A stretch of 64,000 nt of DNA from Octopus sinensis (Eukaryota). The notes under the pieces are model-generated. The model did not search any database. It was not told where the DNA came from and was given only the letters and a program-made list of their open reading frames with translations. The position numbers and the translations under genes were made by a program. Where the stretch lies: the NCBI RefSeq assembly GCF_006345805.1, contig NC_042997.1:202368001-202432000 (forward strand), in the 5' to 3' direction. Positions within the stretch are counted from its first letter, which is position 1, and each line of letters opens with the position of its first letter. This document shows, one piece after another, positions 61,797-64,000 of this stretch.

Positions 61797-63838
61797 TTAC
61801 CGACATTAAAGGGTGAAAGGCAGAATTAACCTCAGCAAGATTTGAGCTGTTGTTGATGTGTTTCTTGATAAAATTATATGATTGAGTTGTCAAAAAAAAA
61901 AGAAAAACTGAAACCAAATCAGAAGTGGTCAGCCATCTCAGAGCCACCCATGGTAGAAATGCATGCATTTGTACCCTTCTTTGCAGTTTTTCTTTATTTG
62001 ACTTACATGTCTGCTCTCTGCTCTTTCTTTTAACCTTTTATAACAAGTTGTAGCACACCTGAACTCCATATGCAATAAGCTCATCATCATCATCATCACC
62101 ACCACCACCACCACCATCATCATCATCATTGTGGTGAGCTGGTGGAATTGTGAGAGCATCAGGAAAAAATACTTTGCACCATTCCTTCTAACTCATTATG
62201 CTCTGTGTTCAAATCCTGCCAAGTTCAAGTTTACCTTTCATCCTTTTGAGGTCAATACAATAAGTATTGATCAAATACTGGAGTCAATGCAATCGGCTAA
62301 AACCCTCCCCTAAAATTGCTGGCCTTGTGCCAAGATTTGAAGCCATTGTTATTAATATAGTTTTTCTTCTAATCTGTATGTTTGATGTAATCACTTGTCA
62401 GGACATACCTAGTACCCCAGGGTAGGTGACAGTTAAAAGATGTTGAAATATAAATGAAAACTTGGGGAGGGTGAGTGGGGAAGGCAATACAGAAATACAT
62501 TTATATAATACAAAACAAACATTTCAACTGGTAGGGTTTTTCTAAGGCTGTGGCTGGTACTTGTCAGCAAAATCGTCTGGACTTCTATGAGATATGGTTC
62601 TCCTGGGATGTTTCTGACATCTTTATTTTTATCCATACCTAGGGCATCTACAATAACTATTATTATCATCATCCACACAATTTTGTGTACCTTTGTGTCA
62701 AAATATTAACATCTCTTGCTTTCTCTCTCTCTCTTTCTTTCTCTCTCTCTCTTTCTTTCTTTCCCTCTCTCTCTCTCTCTCTATCTCTCTGAATACCACC
62801 AAGTTCGATGGAATTTGTAGAAGCAGATTTTCTATGGCCAGATACCCTTCCTCTCACCATCCTTCATCAGTTTCCAAGCAAAGTAATACTCCCCACTATG
62901 ACCAGGCATGGTTTTCACAAGAAACTGGAATCAAACTACATCACTAGTTTCCTGATGCTCATTTATAAACATCACATGATGTCATAACAAAGGCACACAC
63001 AAACACTTGCACACACACACACAAACACTCATACACATACACAAACACATGCATACACAAACACTCACACACACACACATACAAACACTCACACAGGCAA
63101 TGGAATCACAGACATTCACAAACACTCACACAACAGGCTTCTTCCAGTCTCTGTCTGCCAAATCCTCTCCTGAGGCACTTGCCCAAAGTGTCACACCATA
63201 GGATTGAACCCCAAACCTTATGTTTAGGAAGCGAGCTTCTTAACCACATTTGCACTTCAATAGCCACATAAATCTTTTATCTTCCTTTTGTCGAAACTAA
63301 ACTCATATTAATTAATGGCACTCGTTTGATATTAATCACAGAGAATTTCTAGCCACGATCTTCTGACAAATAACTCTGTTGAATATGGATTCTCTTTTGT
63401 ACTTGTTGTTGTTTTACCATATCACCCCCACCCCTCCACTCCCAAGCATGTCATTTTCCATCAGTAATTAATCAGTTATTAACATTTGTATGTTATTCTT
63501 CTAACGAGATAATCAAGATGATGCTCAGATCTTATCATAAATTTTATCACGCATTCATTTGTCCAATATCTTCCAATCTTATACCTGCTGGTTATATATC
63601 GTTAGAGAACTCACATTTAGTGGTGGTGGTCATCATCATTATAGCATCCACTTTTCCATGATTGCATGGGTCAGATGGAACATTCTACAGCCAGATGCCC
63701 TTCTTGTCACCAGCCCTTACCTGTTTCCCAGCAAGGTTATAATTACCTTTTGGCCAGACATGTTTAACATGAAAAACTGGAAATGAACAGCAATGATCAT
63801 GGACTTTACGACCATGATATCAAGGGCACACACACATA

Positions 63839-63840
<2 letters not shown>

Positions 63841-63924
<84 letters not shown>
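63841..63924. repeat. (CT)n microsatellite
   Basis: Direct reading of the sequence. Confidence 0.95.
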
Positions 63925-64000
63925 CATCCACACGCATATACATAACAGGCTTCTTTTAGTTTCTTATTTCTTTATTGCCCACAAGGGCAATAAAGAGGGT

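Overview
AT-rich eukaryotic genomic DNA. The repeat landscape ((AT)n/(CA)n/(TGA)n microsatellites, tRNA-headed SINE families, RTE/CR1 LINEs) suggests a coleoid cephalopod, most likely Octopus; this is an inference with no database check. The only host gene I can support is the middle of a large multi-exon cadherin on the + strand. Eight exons (9215-9309, 28768-29334, 32077-32184, 42550-42687, 46035-47186, 48178-48387, 56933-57043, 60994-61171) join in frame through AG/GT sites into 853 codons covering about 9 extracellular cadherin repeats, several with degenerate Ca-binding linkers. Both ends of the gene lie outside the window. The rest is intron filled with SINEs, 5'-truncated RTE and CR1 LINEs (one CR1 with an uninterrupted RT frame), mariner/maT fragments, hAT- and piggyBac-type MITEs and two homogeneous tandem arrays (15 x 66 bp, 18 x 74 bp). 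The main unexpected signal is a dispersed set of about 15 type I hammerhead-ribozyme-like motifs. Several sit in or beside long inverted repeats, as expected for Penelope-like-element (PLE) pLTR derivatives, and they include apparent G3-C8 and U3-A8 swaps of the canonical C3-G8 core pair. All RNA structures were folded by eye, none was tested, and most copies carry lesions. Most ORFs in the supplied track are spurious translations of repeats.
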